A DNA stretch of 64,000 bases from Piromyces finnis finn. Taxonomy: Eukaryota; Fungi; Neocallimastigomycota. The stretch is from assembly GCA_002104945.1 (NCBI GenBank), contig MCFH01000002.1, forward strand, positions 1,860,001 to 1,924,000. The letters run 5' to 3'. The notes beneath the pieces were generated by a model. It had not been told where the DNA came from. It ran no database searches and saw only the letters and a program-made list of their open reading frames with translations. The translations under genes and the position numbers were made by a program. Shown in pieces: positions 53,396 through 64,000 of this stretch (within the stretch, counting starts at the first letter, position 1; every line of letters starts with the position of its first letter).

Positions 53396-54421
53396 ATGTT
53401 CACTCCGGTTCCTAATTTCCCAGACGAGGTAAACCAACTAAGAGAGGATGCTACTCAGACTGCCAAGGATATCATTGAGGGTATCAATGAAAATTTGGTT
53501 TTCCGTGAAGATTTTCAAAATTTTTCCAATGATGTGAATAATCGTTTAAATGAAATCATGAGTGTATTAACCAATATGAATAATAATCAAACTGCTCAGA
53601 ATGAAGGTGAACAACCATTGTTACATACCAATTATGATAGGATAGCTACTCCAAGACCTACTGTCTTTAGAGATGATGAATCTACTTCAACAAGATTTGA
53701 TTTGGATCATGATGTTATCATGAGAGGCCGTTTTGCTACTCCAATCACTCAAGTGCCAGATCCAGGTATGTTCTCCGGTAAGACTAGTGATACCGATTTG
53801 TTTTGTCAATTATGTGAAGATACTTTCAAAACTCTACCAAATCGAACTTTACCAGAAGAAACAAAAATTAATTTTGTACAATCCCGTCTTCGTGATGCTG
53901 CTAGAAATTGGTATCTTGCCAAGTACAAGGATAATATTTATCCATCTACCATGCAAGAATTGTTGGATGGACTAAGAATTGCTTTCTCAAATGTTGCTAG
54001 TTACAAGATAGCTAAAATCAAAATAATGCGTTTAAAACAACAATATGGTAAAATAAATGATTATATCGAGGAATTCCGCTCTCTTTCACAACAATTTAAA
54101 TGGAATGAAGAAGCATTATCTTTAATCTTTTATAATGGTTTACATCCCAAATATCAGGAAGAAATTGAAAAGATGGAGGTATTTCCAACCACCATGGAGT
54201 CCATTATAACTAGATGTATTTTGATCGAAAGTTCTCTTTCTACAAAGAATAAGATTAACCAGTCTTCCAACTCTAAATCTAACAAGAAAAGAAATTCACA
54301 TTTCAACCACCACAGATCATACAACAACAACAACAACAATAACAACAATAACTTCCAAAAATATAATAATAATTACAATAACAACAATTATAAAGCTCAA
54401 AAAATTAGTTCAAAAAACTAA
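53396..54421 (+). CDS. gag: Element E gag (no CCHC knuckle, Asn-rich tail)
   Basis: 341-aa ORF with PDPGMFSG, FVQSRLRDAARNWY, LKQQYGKINDYIEEFR and FYNGL. Ends TCA AAA AAC TAA. Confidence 0.92.
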   Translation: MFTPVPNFPDEVNQLREDATQTAKDIIEGINENLVFREDFQNFSNDVNNRLNEIMSVLTNMNNNQTAQNEGEQPLLHTNYDRIATPRPTVFRDDESTSTRFDLDHDVIMRGRFATPITQVPDPGMFSGKTSDTDLFCQLCEDTFKTLPNRTLPEETKINFVQSRLRDAARNWYLAKYKDNIYPSTMQELLDGLRIAFSNVASYKIAKIKIMRLKQQYGKINDYIEEFRSLSQQFKWNEEALSLIFYNGLHPKYQEEIEKMEVFPTTMESIITRCILIESSLSTKNKINQSSNSKSNKKRNSHFNHHRSYNNNNNNNNNNFQKYNNNYNNNNYKAQKISSKN

Positions 54422-57400
54422 ATAAAGGACTTCCATTGAAGTCCCATCACCACTCGAATACAAAAATATTAAACTACACTTTTCCCACTATCAACAAAGA
54501 TAATACATTACCTTCAACGTTTTTTACTTTTAATACATATGTATTATCCAATAATGGAGGTACAAATAATGTACATAATAAAATTGCATGTACATCACTA
54601 TTAGATAGTGGATCTTATTGTAATTTTATGTCGTACAAACTATTACGTACATTACAATTACATCCTCATAAAATTAATAATGTTATCACTGTACAAGGTA
54701 TCAGTGGTACTTCAATTGAACTTGATGAATATATCAACCTAAACTTTCAGTTAAAACTATTTATCAACAATAAATTCCATTTCATCAATTTCAAAGAAAA
54801 ATTTTTACTAGCGGATTATATTCCGACAGATTTATTATTTGGAAATATATTCATGTCCAAATATGAAATTCATTATAATTATAATAAAAATTATTTATAT
54901 TCAAATTTAAAATATGATTTTAACAGAAAGAAATTCAATATGAAGCATGCTACTAAATTTTTAAAATTAGAACAATTCATTTCTTATAATAGAAATGACA
55001 TAAATGTTACACCTACCACTTCTACAGGTGTAAATAACACAAAAAATAAAAATAAAAATTATTCCACCAATTTTTATAATTTAAAAAATAAAATTCATAA
55101 TTTTTATTTCAGATCTAAAACCTTTAGTAAGAAGAAAAATGGTCGATTTCACAAATTTAACCCTAAACGTTCCAAATTTTTTAGAAAAGTTATATTAAAT
55201 AAAAATAATTATGATAGATATAATTATAATTATTTAATTCATACTTTTTTGTCCGAAAAACCAGAAGAAGTAAGCAATTTAGAAGAACATACTATTGAGG
55301 ATATTCCAAAACCCTATCGAGATTTGGCAAAAGTTTTCAGCAAACAAGAAGCTGATAAACTACCACCACATAGAATTACAGATTGTAAAATAGTACTAGA
55401 AAAAGATGCTACTCTTCACTATGGTCCCATCTATCCCTTATCAGAAGAAGAATCAAAAGTTTTAGAAGAGTATATCAAGGAAAATTTAGAAAAAGGCTTT
55501 ATTAGACCATCCGAATCACCTGCAGGATATCCAGTGGTATTTCAGAAAAAGAAAGATGGTACTCTTAGAGTTTGTATTGATTATAAAAAACTCAATTCTG
55601 TAACGATACGTAACTCCTACCCAATACCACTTATTACCGACATTATAGAACGTGTCAAAGGTGCAAAGTATTTCACCAAGCTCGACTTACGCTCTGCTTA
55701 TAATTTAGTTAGAATAAGAAATGGTGATGAATATAAAACTGCTTTTCGCACAAAGTTTGGTCACTATGAATATTTAGTGATGCCATTTGGTTTACGTAAC
55801 GCTCCTGCTACTTTTCAGGCATTTATAAATTCTGTTCTCAGACCTTTCTTGGAAAAATCTGTTATTCTCTATTTGGATGATATTCTTATATTTTCAAAAA
55901 CCTTAGAAGAACACCACCAACATGTACGTGAAGTTCTTTCTAAACTATTAGAAAATAATTTATATGCTAAACTTCCTAAATGTGAATTTGACAAACCACA
56001 AGTTGAATTCTTAGGATATGTTATTTCAGGTTCAGGAATTGCTACCGACCCAAAAAAGATAGAGTCAATCAAAAATTGGCCTATTCCTACTACAGTTAAG
56101 GATGTACAAAGATTTTTAGGTCTTTGTAACTACTATAGACGCTTTGTAATGAATTTTGCAGACTTGGCTAAACCCCTCCACAACCTAACAAAAAAGAATG
56201 CAAAGTTCAAATGGTCCACAGAATGTGAATCCTCATTTAACATTTTAAAAACGCGTTTAACTTCAGCACCTATTTTATCACATCCTGATCCTCAAAAACA
56301 ATATATTTTAGAATGTGATGCAAGTAATGTTGCTATCGGTTCTATACTTTCTCAATATGATTCAGAAAATCGTCTACATCCTGTTGCTTACTACTCCAGA
56401 AGTCTAAGTAGTTCTGAAGTTAATTATTCTATAACAGATAAAGAACTATTAGCCATTAAGGATTCTTTCTCTACTTGGAGGCACCTTCTTCTTGGTGCTA
56501 AATATAAAATAAAAGTTTACACTGATCATAGAAATTTACTTTATACTCTTGGAGGAAAGGTAGGTAATCAAAGACAACATCGTTGGCACCTTTTCTTTCA
56601 TGAATACGACTTTGAACTTATATACAGACAAGGTCGTAAGAATGGTAAACCTGATTGTCTATCTCGCAGACCTGACTACATGGATAGGACTTATGAAGAA
56701 AAGCCAGAATATATTTTAGACTCAAAAAATGTAAAACTAATACCAAGTTTCATTGGTATTATGAGTAACTTCTTGGAACAAGTTATTCAATACTTAAAGG
56801 ACGACGAAACTGCTAAGGATATTATGCTATATTTCAGCCCACATAATGACCAAAAGGCTTATAGACCATTTAGGAAAATGAACAAGTTTGAATTAAAAAA
56901 TAATCTTATTTTATATAATAACTTAGTTTATATCCCTGAGAAACTACGTTTAGATGTTCTTATGAAATATCATGAACAACCCTCTGCTGGACATCTTGGT
57001 ATAAAAAGGACTTTAGAATTGATAACTCGAAATTTTTGGTGGCCTAAAATTAAGGATGATGTCACTAAATTTGTTAATTCTTGTGAGACATGCACAAGAA
57101 ATAAAGTAACTAGACATCGGAAATATGGAAAATTACAACCTTTAGATACTCCAGAACGTCCATGGAAATCTATAGAAATTGACTTTCTTTGTGGCCTTCC
57201 TGAGTCTAAAGGGTACACCGTAATTATGGTAGTGGTTGACCGCTTTTCTAAAATGATTCACTTAGTGCCGTTTAAACAAGTTCCAAACGCAGCACAAACT
57301 GCAAAAGCTTTTTTGAACAATGTATATCGTTTACATGGTCTCCCTTATGACCTATATACTGATAGAGGCTCACAATTTACAAGTGATGTTTGGCTCGAAT

Positions 57401-58233
57401 TTTTGGATTTATTATATATTCATCCAAGAATAGCTACTACTGACCACCATGAAACTGTTGGACAGGTCGAGAGGTCAAATTCTTTTATTGAACAGTATCT
57501 TAGATGTTATTCCAAGTCTTTCTATCATGACGACTGGGTTGATTGGCTTCCACTTGCAGAATTCGCCTATAACAACGCTGTTAATGAATCAACCAAAGAA
57601 ACACCATTCTTCATTAATTATGGTTTCCACCCTCCGATGGATGAAATGACCCTATTACCACAATGTAATATTAATCATAAACTAGTTCAAAACGTTAATG
57701 ATGCATTCAACCACATAAAAGAAGTGTTACTACGCTCCAAAGAGTTGTATAAAAGAAGAGTGGATAAAAGTCGTTTAGAAGCTCCAAAATTTAAAATTGA
57801 TGATTTAGTTTGGATTCAAGCCCCACCTTCTCTAAATATTGAAAATAGTTCCAAATTAGCTCCTTGTAAATATGGTCCATATAAAATAACTCAAGTTTTG
57901 AGAAATAACAATTATGAAATCGATATCAAAAAATCACCTTTTCCCAAACACTATCCAATATTTCATGTATCTGAGTTGGAACCTTATAGATCAACTCCAA
58001 AAGAATTTTTAAATAGAACTGCGGATCCAGAATCAATAAAAGATATAGTGGAAATATCTGGATTCCGTACAAATTATAAACAACAACGATATGAATATAA
58101 AATTCGATACAAATACCGTTCCGCTTATAATTGGGTACCAGCAAGTGAAGTAGAAGACAATCCACGTAATCAATACATTTATCAAAAATATTTAAAAAGT
58201 GGACGACATTATGCTTCTATAGCATATAATTAA
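54418..58233 (+). CDS. pol: Element E pol (PR-RT-RNaseH-IN-divergent chromodomain), -1 frame
   Basis: LLDSGS, YLDD, LECDAS, HEQPSAGH/CETC, IEIDF, YTDRGSQF, QVERSN, YGPY, C-terminal YEYKIRYKYRSAYNWVP. The -1 frame is open from the slippery site at 54412-54418. Confidence 0.95.
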   Translation, partial: LNKGLPLKSHHHSNTKILNYTFPTINKDNTLPSTFFTFNTYVLSNNGGTNNVHNKIACTSLLDSGSYCNFMSYKLLRTLQLHPHKINNVITVQGISGTSIELDEYINLNFQLKLFINNKFHFINFKEKFLLADYIPTDLLFGNIFMSKYEIHYNYNKNYLYSNLKYDFNRKKFNMKHATKFLKLEQFISYNRNDINVTPTTSTGVNNTKNKNKNYSTNFYNLKNKIHNFYFRSKTFSKKKNGRFHKFNPKRSKFFRKVILNKNNYDRYNYNYLIHTFLSEKPEEVSNLEEHTIEDIPKPYRDLAKVFSKQEADKLPPHRITDCKIVLEKDATLHYGPIYPLSEEESKVLEEYIKENLEKGFIRPSESPAGYPVVFQKKKDGTLRVCIDYKKLNSVTIRNSYPIPLITDIIERVKGAKYFTKLDLRSAYNLVRIRNGDEYKTAFRTKFGHYEYLVMPFGLRNAPATFQAFINSVLRPFLEKSVILYLDDILIFSKTLEEHHQHVREVLSKLLENNLYAKLPKCEFDKPQVEFLGYVISGSGIATDPKKIESIKNWPIPTTVKDVQRFLGLCNYYRRFVMNFADLAKPLHNLTKKNAKFKWSTECESSFNILKTRLTSAPILSHPDPQKQYILECDASNVAIGSILSQYDSENRLHPVAYYSRSLSSSEVNYSITDKELLAIKDSFSTWRHLLLGAKYKIKVYTDHRNLLYTLGGKVGNQRQHRWHLFFHEYDFELIYRQGRKNGKPDCLSRRPDYMDRTYEEKPEYILDSKNVKLIPSFIGIMSNFLEQVIQYLKDDETAKDIMLYFSPHNDQKAYRPFRKMNKFELKNNLILYNNLVYIPEKLRLDVLMKYHEQPSAGHLGIKRTLELITRNFWWPKIKDDVTKFVNSCETCTRNKVTRHRKYGKLQPLDTPERPWKSIEIDFLCGLPESKGYTVIMVVVDRFSKMIHLVPFKQVPNAAQTAKAFLNNVYRLHGLPYDLYTDRGSQFTSDVWLEFLDLLYIHPRIATTDHHETVGQVERSNSFIEQYLRCYSKSFYHDDWVDWLPLAEFAYNNAVNESTKETPFFINYGFHPPMDEMTLLPQCNINHKLVQNVNDAFNHIKEVLLRSKELYKRRVDKSRLEAPKFKIDDLVWIQAPPSLNIENSSKLAPCKYGPYKITQVLRNNNYEIDIKKSPFPKHYPIFHVSELEPYRSTPKEFLNRTADPESIKDIVEISGFRTNYKQQRYEYKIRYKYRSAYNWVPASEVEDNPRNQYIYQKYLKSGRHYASIAYN

Positions 58234-60032
58234 TTAAAATAATATTAATAAGTCAATAATTCTCTTAAAATAACTTTTACACCATTTACAAAATATTTTT
58301 ATAACAACTAAATTTCGAAATTTAACTCATCACAAAATTTTGAAATTTCAACATTTCAAAAATTTTTACACCGAATATTTTTCAATTATCATATTAAAAC
58401 TTTATTATTTTTTATTTTTATTTTCATATTCAAAATCTGCAGTATCAATTTTATTATTAAAATTTTACCTACAAGAAAATTTTTCAAAAAGTGAAATTTC
58501 AAAATTCTCACAATGGCCAAGTGACCTTTTGAAATTATTACTTCCTCTCGAAAAAATTTTTTTAAAAATCAAAAATTTTTACTTTTCGCTCCAGTTCATA
58601 GAATTCGTCTGGAATACGAATTCCTAGGGAGGGCGTTGTGAAGATATTAACTGGATTTAAAACAAATTCAGATAATATCTATAATTAATTAAACATAATA
58701 ATTATAATTAAATAATTTCAATAATTATTTTAAAACACTTTTAAAAGTCACCTTTTAAATTTTGATTCAGTGAAAGGGTTATGATTTCAAAAATTTAATA
58801 TCAATATACTATAACCCTTAACCAAAAATAAGCAAGTACGAAATAAGGTGTAACTCGCCAAAAACGATCGCTACGGCTATAAGTACTACGGTGATGAAAC
58901 TAGGTTTATTGGAAAGCTTAGGAAGAAAGCTACAATTTGGTACAATCGCGGTCCTTCTAACTGATCATTTAAGGAAGTTATGATCATTTAAAGATTTTAT
59001 TAGGTAAATTAAAATCAATATGATATCAAGTATGGATCATAAATATTTCTTATGACTTGATGAAATTAAAAATATATCAATAGGAATTTTAGTTATATTA
59101 ATTTAATTAATGATAACGATTGTTACTAAAAATAGAACTAGACCCATTTAGGTGTAACAGTTAATACCTATAAATTAAATAATCTTAATTATTATAAAAT
59201 AGGTTAACGGCAAGTTTTATTAGAAATAATTTTGAAAATAATAATTATTTAGTTATAACAAATATGTTATGGTAATATCAATTAATAATGATGAATTATT
59301 AATTGAATAGTTTTTATAATTACTAATTAGGATCAACTGTTTAAATGATTAATCATATGTTTATTTTATTTTATGTCATGACAAACAAACAAACAAACAA
59401 ACAAACAATCTTATTACTTATTTAATTATATTACTAATATATTATATGTAATACTTTATTCTTATTAATATCAATTTAATAATCTGAACAAAGAATATAA
59501 AAGAGAATGAATTGAATTCGATTTTAATTCTTTGTAAAGATTATAGTTATAATCTTAATTATATAGTTACTTATAATATCATTTATATTATTATTAAATA
59601 AATAAAAAATTTATAAAAAGTTACTTTAAAGTAAATATAAATTTTTCATTTTTCATTTGGGAGTTTAAGGTGTTATTTTATAATTAAATTTAATTTCTTA
59701 AAAAACATTTTTACTATATAATTAATAACATTCTGACCTGGCCGCATAACCAAACCCAAAAACTTAACAAATATTTAAATATATGTTTTTCTTTTTTAAT
59801 AAACTAAACTAAGGAGTGAATTTTCTTAATTATAAAAATACATTTAATATAATAAAATACATTTTTTTTTTAATATTACTAAAGTTAAAAATAAAATATT
59901 GATAAATTTGATATTAATAAATTGTTTAATAATAAAATTGATATTGATAATGATATTAATAAGTTTTGATAATAATAATAATTGTGATTTTAATATTAAT
60001 AATAAATATAATTTGAATTTTTTAACTATTTT

Positions 60033-63000
60033 TTATTTCTTTCTATTAAATTTTTTAAGTAGCCCCTTGCAATTTAGATTTTCTTCAGGCTCCCACGAAG
60101 CTTCATTGATTGAATACCCTTTCCATTTAATCAGGTATTGTATTTTTCCGTAATGTCTTCTTTTATCCAGAATTTCTTCAACTTCGTATTCTTCTTCATT
60201 GTCAACGGTAATAGGTGGCGGTGGTGGTTGAGATCTTCCAAATTTATCTTCGACATATTTCTCAAGATTGGATACATGAATAACTGGATGAATCTTAATA
60301 GATTTTGGGAGACTTAATTTAAATGTAACATTTGATATTTTTTCCAAGATTTTGTATGGGCCGAGTTTTCTTGGCTTAAATTTTTTATTTCCTTTGTGGA
60401 TAATTAAAGAACTATCCAGCCAAACTTTGTCACCAACTTTAAAATTCGGAGCTTTTTTTCTACATTTGTCAGCATGCTTCTTCTGGGTTTCCATGGCAGA
60501 TTTTAAATTTTCTTTTAAGGTATTAATTAAAGTTTTAAAATCTCTTGTAAACTCTTCTGCTCTTGGGACTTTAGATAAGTCTGGAATAACTGGTGAATAT
60601 TTTGGATGAAAGCCGTAATTCAAAAAGAATGGAGAAAATTTGGATGATTCTTGAACCACGTTGTTATAACTAAATTCTGCAAGACTAAGAAAACTTTTCC
60701 AATTTGAACCTTTATAATTTGAGAAACATCTTAAATATTGTTCTATAACGGAGTTCACCCTCTCCGTCTGACCGTTTGATTGATGATGAAATGGAGTAGA
60801 CAACTTAAGTTCAATGCCAAGGGAGGAACAGATGGATTGGAAGAATTTAGAGGTAAATTGAGAACCTCTATCCGAGACAATAGATTCAGGTAGGCCATGA
60901 AGACGGAAAATATTATCAATAAAGGCTGTGGCTGTTTCGGCGGCGGAAGGAATACTTTTGAACGGAATGAGATGAACCATTTTTGTAAGACGATCAACAA
61001 CAACAAGAATGCAAGTGAAACCAGAAGATGAAGGCAAATCTGTAATGAAATCCATTGAAATGGATGACCAAGGACGCTCAGCAATATCAAGAGGATTCAG
61101 AAGACCATAAGGTTTATGACGAAAGGTTTTTGAACGACAACAAACTTCACAAGAACGAACGTAGTCTTTAACATCAGAAGAAATAGAAGGCCACCAGAAG
61201 TCTCTAGCAATAAGAGAAGATGTTTTCTTTATTCCGAAATGACCAGCTGAAGGAGAGTCGTGACAGAGTTTAAGAATTGAAAGACGACAATTTGGAGGAA
61301 CATAGATTCTGTCAGTAAAAAGGAGAAAACTATTGCTTAAGGAAAATTTGTCAATTTGAGGGTGAGGTATTGGAGGTTTCCTACAATCAAGATATTCACA
61401 GATTTTATTGTAAAAGTCATCATTTATATATTCGGAAAGAAAAGAATCACTAATGGACGAAACAGAAGTCACAATGGCACAAAAGTTTTCAGGGCGAAGA
61501 ACATTAAAAGGAACATCAGAAGAGGAATTCGAATTGATAGCATAATCAGGACGACGAGATAGGGCATCAGGCTTACCGTTAGAAGAACCAGAACGATAAA
61601 TAATAACAAAGTTAAATTCAGAGAGAAACAAAGCCCAGCGAACAAGACGTTGAGACATTTTTTCAGGTTTTTTTTGATAGAGTAAATTTCGATGATCCGA
61701 GTAAATCTTAAAAGTAGAAGAAGAGCCTTTAAGTAGATGACGCCATGTTTCAAGAGCAGCAACGATAGCTAAGAGTTCTTTATCATATATTGGATAATTA
61801 CGTTCAGGACCAGTAAGAGAGCGAGAAAAGAAAGCAACTGGATGGGTCATATTATCAATTGGAGAGACTTGCGAGAGAATAGCACCAATGGCAAAGTTAC
61901 TTGAATCAGTTTCGACTATGAATGGAAGTTCACGATTAGGAAATATAAGAACAGGAGCAGAAACAAATAAAGACTTGAGTGAATCGAAAGCATCTTGAGC
62001 TTCTTTAGACCATACAAATTTAACATTTTTCTTCAAAAGTTTATGCAAAGGATGAGCGATCTTTGCAAAATTTGGAATAAATCGACGGTAGTAGTTCGCA
62101 AGACCAAGAAAAGATTGAACCTCTTTAACATTAGATGGAGTAGGCCAGTTTAAAATAGAAGAAACTTTATTTGGGTCCATGTGAATACCATCAGTAGAAA
62201 TCCTATGACCAAGGAAATCAATAAAAGAAACAAAGAACTCGCATTTTTCCAATTTAGCATAGAGCCCAGCATCCCTCAGGAGTTTCAAAACAGTTTTGAC
62301 ATGAGATATATGAGATTTATAATCAGAGGAAAAAATAATAATATCATCTATGTAAGAGAAAGCGAATTTACCAAGAACGTCTTCAAGAACATCATTAATG
62401 AAATGTTGAAAAACAGCAGGTGCATTTTTCAACCCAAAAGGCATCACACAGTATTCAAAATGACCTAACTTGCAAGTAAAAGCGGTTTTATATTCATCAC
62501 CACTTTTAATCCTGACCAAGTTATAGGCAGAACGAAGATCCAATTTTGAGAAAATCTTCCCTTTTCCAAGATGTTCAAGCATATCTTGTATAAGAGGAAG
62601 GGGATAAGAATCACGAATAGTTATGGAGTTTAATTGGCGATAGTCAACACACATACGAAGTTGACCGTTTTTCTTAGGTACAAACAGAATAGGAGCTCCC
62701 GCAGGCGATTTTGATTTTCTAATAAATCCTTTCTTGAGATGTTCTTTTATATATTCTTCTAAAGCAATTGATTCGGTTTCTGTTAGAGGATAAATCGGTC
62801 CATAAAACAGTTTTGAATTTTCTTTGAGTTTTATTTCACAATCGTATGGACGGTGTGGAGGAAGTTTTTCAGCATTAGATTCATTGAAGACATCAGCAAA
62901 GTCAGAGAGAACATCCGGAAGTATAATAGAAGAATTGGGTTCTGATTTAGAGTTTGAATCGGATTTGAGAATAGAATTGGATTGAATATTAGAATCAGAA

Positions 63001-63998
63001 AAAGAAGTCAAAACAGAAGTTGGTTCTTGATTTGAGAGAGACGAAGTAGAAAAGTTAACAGAAGACTTCTTAGAAACAGAATTGTTAATATTTTTTGAAG
63101 AACCCGAACAGAGAATAGTACAAGTACGATTAGTTTCGTTTTGAGATTGGATGTTTTGTTTATCGACAAATATAGGGTAAGCGAATGAATCATGCGGAGG
63201 TTCGTAGGAAGGATCCTCCATTGCAGGAAAAGCAGATCTTTCTTCAGGAAATTCAGGGACATTATTGGAGAGTGTTATACAACGATTATAACAGTAACCG
63301 GATACAAATGAAATTTTGTTCTTTGTGAAATCGATAGAAGGATTGTGTTCTTTAAGCCAGTCTATTCCAAGAATACAAGGATAATAAGGTAGATCAGTTA
63401 CATAGAATTGTGTTCGACAGAGATGATCTTTGTAGCGAAGATTCAAAGGAGATGTAATTCCAAAAAGAGATTGTCGACCACCGATACCAACGATATTTGG
63501 GAGGTTACCGTCATCATGATAAGGAATGTTATTATCGTTACAGTAATCTACATCAATTAAATTAAGTTTGGATCCTGAGTCAATAAGAATATCCGTATTT
63601 AGTTCATAAGAAAGTTTAAATTTAGTTGTCATTTTATTATGAGTTTTGTTTTCTTCTTTAGGAGCGGATATAAGTGTGGGAATAGATATTAGTGAAGGAT
63701 TTTCACGATCTTTATTCTTTCTTTTTGGACAATTATTAAGCTTATGACTTGAAGCACCACAATACACACAAAGATTTTCTTTCTTTCTTCTTTCCTTTTC
63801 TTCGTTTGAGATAGGGCCATGGTTATTCCTGTTTGTAATGGACTTTGTTATTTTTGAAAAGTGATGAAAAGATCTTTTCTTTCGGTTTTGGTCATTGTTT
63901 GAACCAGAAGGGAAAAAGGTATGATGTGTAGATAATCTTGAATCGATTCTTGAAGCAATAGTCTGTAATGAAAGAAGATCCCTAGGACCCGGAAACAT
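60033..63998 (-). CDS. gag-pol: Element G gag-pol (5'-truncated by the window), single ORF with canonical chromodomain
   Basis: [84 protein letters not shown]...SWEP. Confidence 0.96.
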   Translation of the reverse strand: MFPGPRDLLSLQTIASRIDSRLSTHHTFFPSGSNNDQNRKKRSFHHFSKITKSITNRNNHGPISNEEKERRKKENLCVYCGASSHKLNNCPKRKNKDRENPSLISIPTLISAPKEENKTHNKMTTKFKLSYELNTDILIDSGSKLNLIDVDYCNDNNIPYHDDGNLPNIVGIGGRQSLFGITSPLNLRYKDHLCRTQFYVTDLPYYPCILGIDWLKEHNPSIDFTKNKISFVSGYCYNRCITLSNNVPEFPEERSAFPAMEDPSYEPPHDSFAYPIFVDKQNIQSQNETNRTCTILCSGSSKNINNSVSKKSSVNFSTSSLSNQEPTSVLTSFSDSNIQSNSILKSDSNSKSEPNSSIILPDVLSDFADVFNESNAEKLPPHRPYDCEIKLKENSKLFYGPIYPLTETESIALEEYIKEHLKKGFIRKSKSPAGAPILFVPKKNGQLRMCVDYRQLNSITIRDSYPLPLIQDMLEHLGKGKIFSKLDLRSAYNLVRIKSGDEYKTAFTCKLGHFEYCVMPFGLKNAPAVFQHFINDVLEDVLGKFAFSYIDDIIIFSSDYKSHISHVKTVLKLLRDAGLYAKLEKCEFFVSFIDFLGHRISTDGIHMDPNKVSSILNWPTPSNVKEVQSFLGLANYYRRFIPNFAKIAHPLHKLLKKNVKFVWSKEAQDAFDSLKSLFVSAPVLIFPNRELPFIVETDSSNFAIGAILSQVSPIDNMTHPVAFFSRSLTGPERNYPIYDKELLAIVAALETWRHLLKGSSSTFKIYSDHRNLLYQKKPEKMSQRLVRWALFLSEFNFVIIYRSGSSNGKPDALSRRPDYAINSNSSSDVPFNVLRPENFCAIVTSVSSISDSFLSEYINDDFYNKICEYLDCRKPPIPHPQIDKFSLSNSFLLFTDRIYVPPNCRLSILKLCHDSPSAGHFGIKKTSSLIARDFWWPSISSDVKDYVRSCEVCCRSKTFRHKPYGLLNPLDIAERPWSSISMDFITDLPSSSGFTCILVVVDRLTKMVHLIPFKSIPSAAETATAFIDNIFRLHGLPESIVSDRGSQFTSKFFQSICSSLGIELKLSTPFHHQSNGQTERVNSVIEQYLRCFSNYKGSNWKSFLSLAEFSYNNVVQESSKFSPFFLNYGFHPKYSPVIPDLSKVPRAEEFTRDFKTLINTLKENLKSAMETQKKHADKCRKKAPNFKVGDKVWLDSSLIIHKGNKKFKPRKLGPYKILEKISNVTFKLSLPKSIKIHPVIHVSNLEKYVEDKFGRSQPPPPPITVDNEEEYEVEEILDKRRHYGKIQYLIKWKGYSINEASWEPEENLNCKGLLKKFNRKK

Positions 63999-64000
63999 TT

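Larger units (their letters stand above)
52228..59769 (+). mobile_element. Element E: full-length, apparently intact Tf1-like Ty3/gypsy element nested in G's 3' UTR
   Basis: 1133-bp LTRs at 52228-53360 and 58637-59769 (TGTGAA...TTAACA), identical by eye. 5-bp TSD AATAT (52223-27 and 59770-74). PBS ATAATCTTTAC at 53361. PPT AGGGAGGG. Confidence 0.97.
51740..64000 (-). mobile_element. Element G: chromovirus inserted in F's integrase; its 3' UTR is interrupted by E and its 5' end is outside the window
   Basis: 3' LTR at 51740-52178 (439 bp, TGTAA...TTACA). PPT GGAGGAGGA at 52182-52190. The 3' UTR continues from 59770 across E's TSD. Confidence 0.87.

Noticed and set aside
43825-62468. RIP-like hypermutation as the explanation for repeat decay
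   Set aside because: A, B, E and G retain open ORFs and near-identical LTRs, and the relics in C show mixed substitutions and indels, not a clear CpA-to-TpA pattern by eye.

Overview
Extremely AT-rich eukaryotic DNA with short GT-AG introns. A zoosporic fungus such as an anaerobic gut fungus (Neocallimastigomycota) is inferred from composition, intron style and a ciliary gene. Bases 1-26 kb hold four host genes: a 5'-truncated PX-PH-RhoGAP (Bem3-like), MKS1, a 69-aa three-exon microgene missed by the ORF track, and a ~1180-aa unknown protein; about 10 kb is gene-poor. Bases 26-64 kb are Ty3/gypsy LTR retrotransposons. Element A (26374-34053) is an intact-looking, tRNA-primed element without a chromodomain. 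Next to it is a nest of six related elements: D hosts B, which hosts C; D also hosts F, which hosts G, which hosts E. B, D, F and G encode chromodomains, E a divergent one, and C is a non-coding relative. Junctions were resolved from TG...CA termini, target-site duplications where both ends are in the window, and ORFs that rejoin after excision. B, C and E show the Tf1-type self-priming signature, with compensatory changes between families. The most unusual object is C: near-identical LTRs, heavily decayed pol relics, and a seven-copy array of conserved, covarying ~53-nt hairpins where gag should be, inserted into the integrase of a related element that looks like its helper type.
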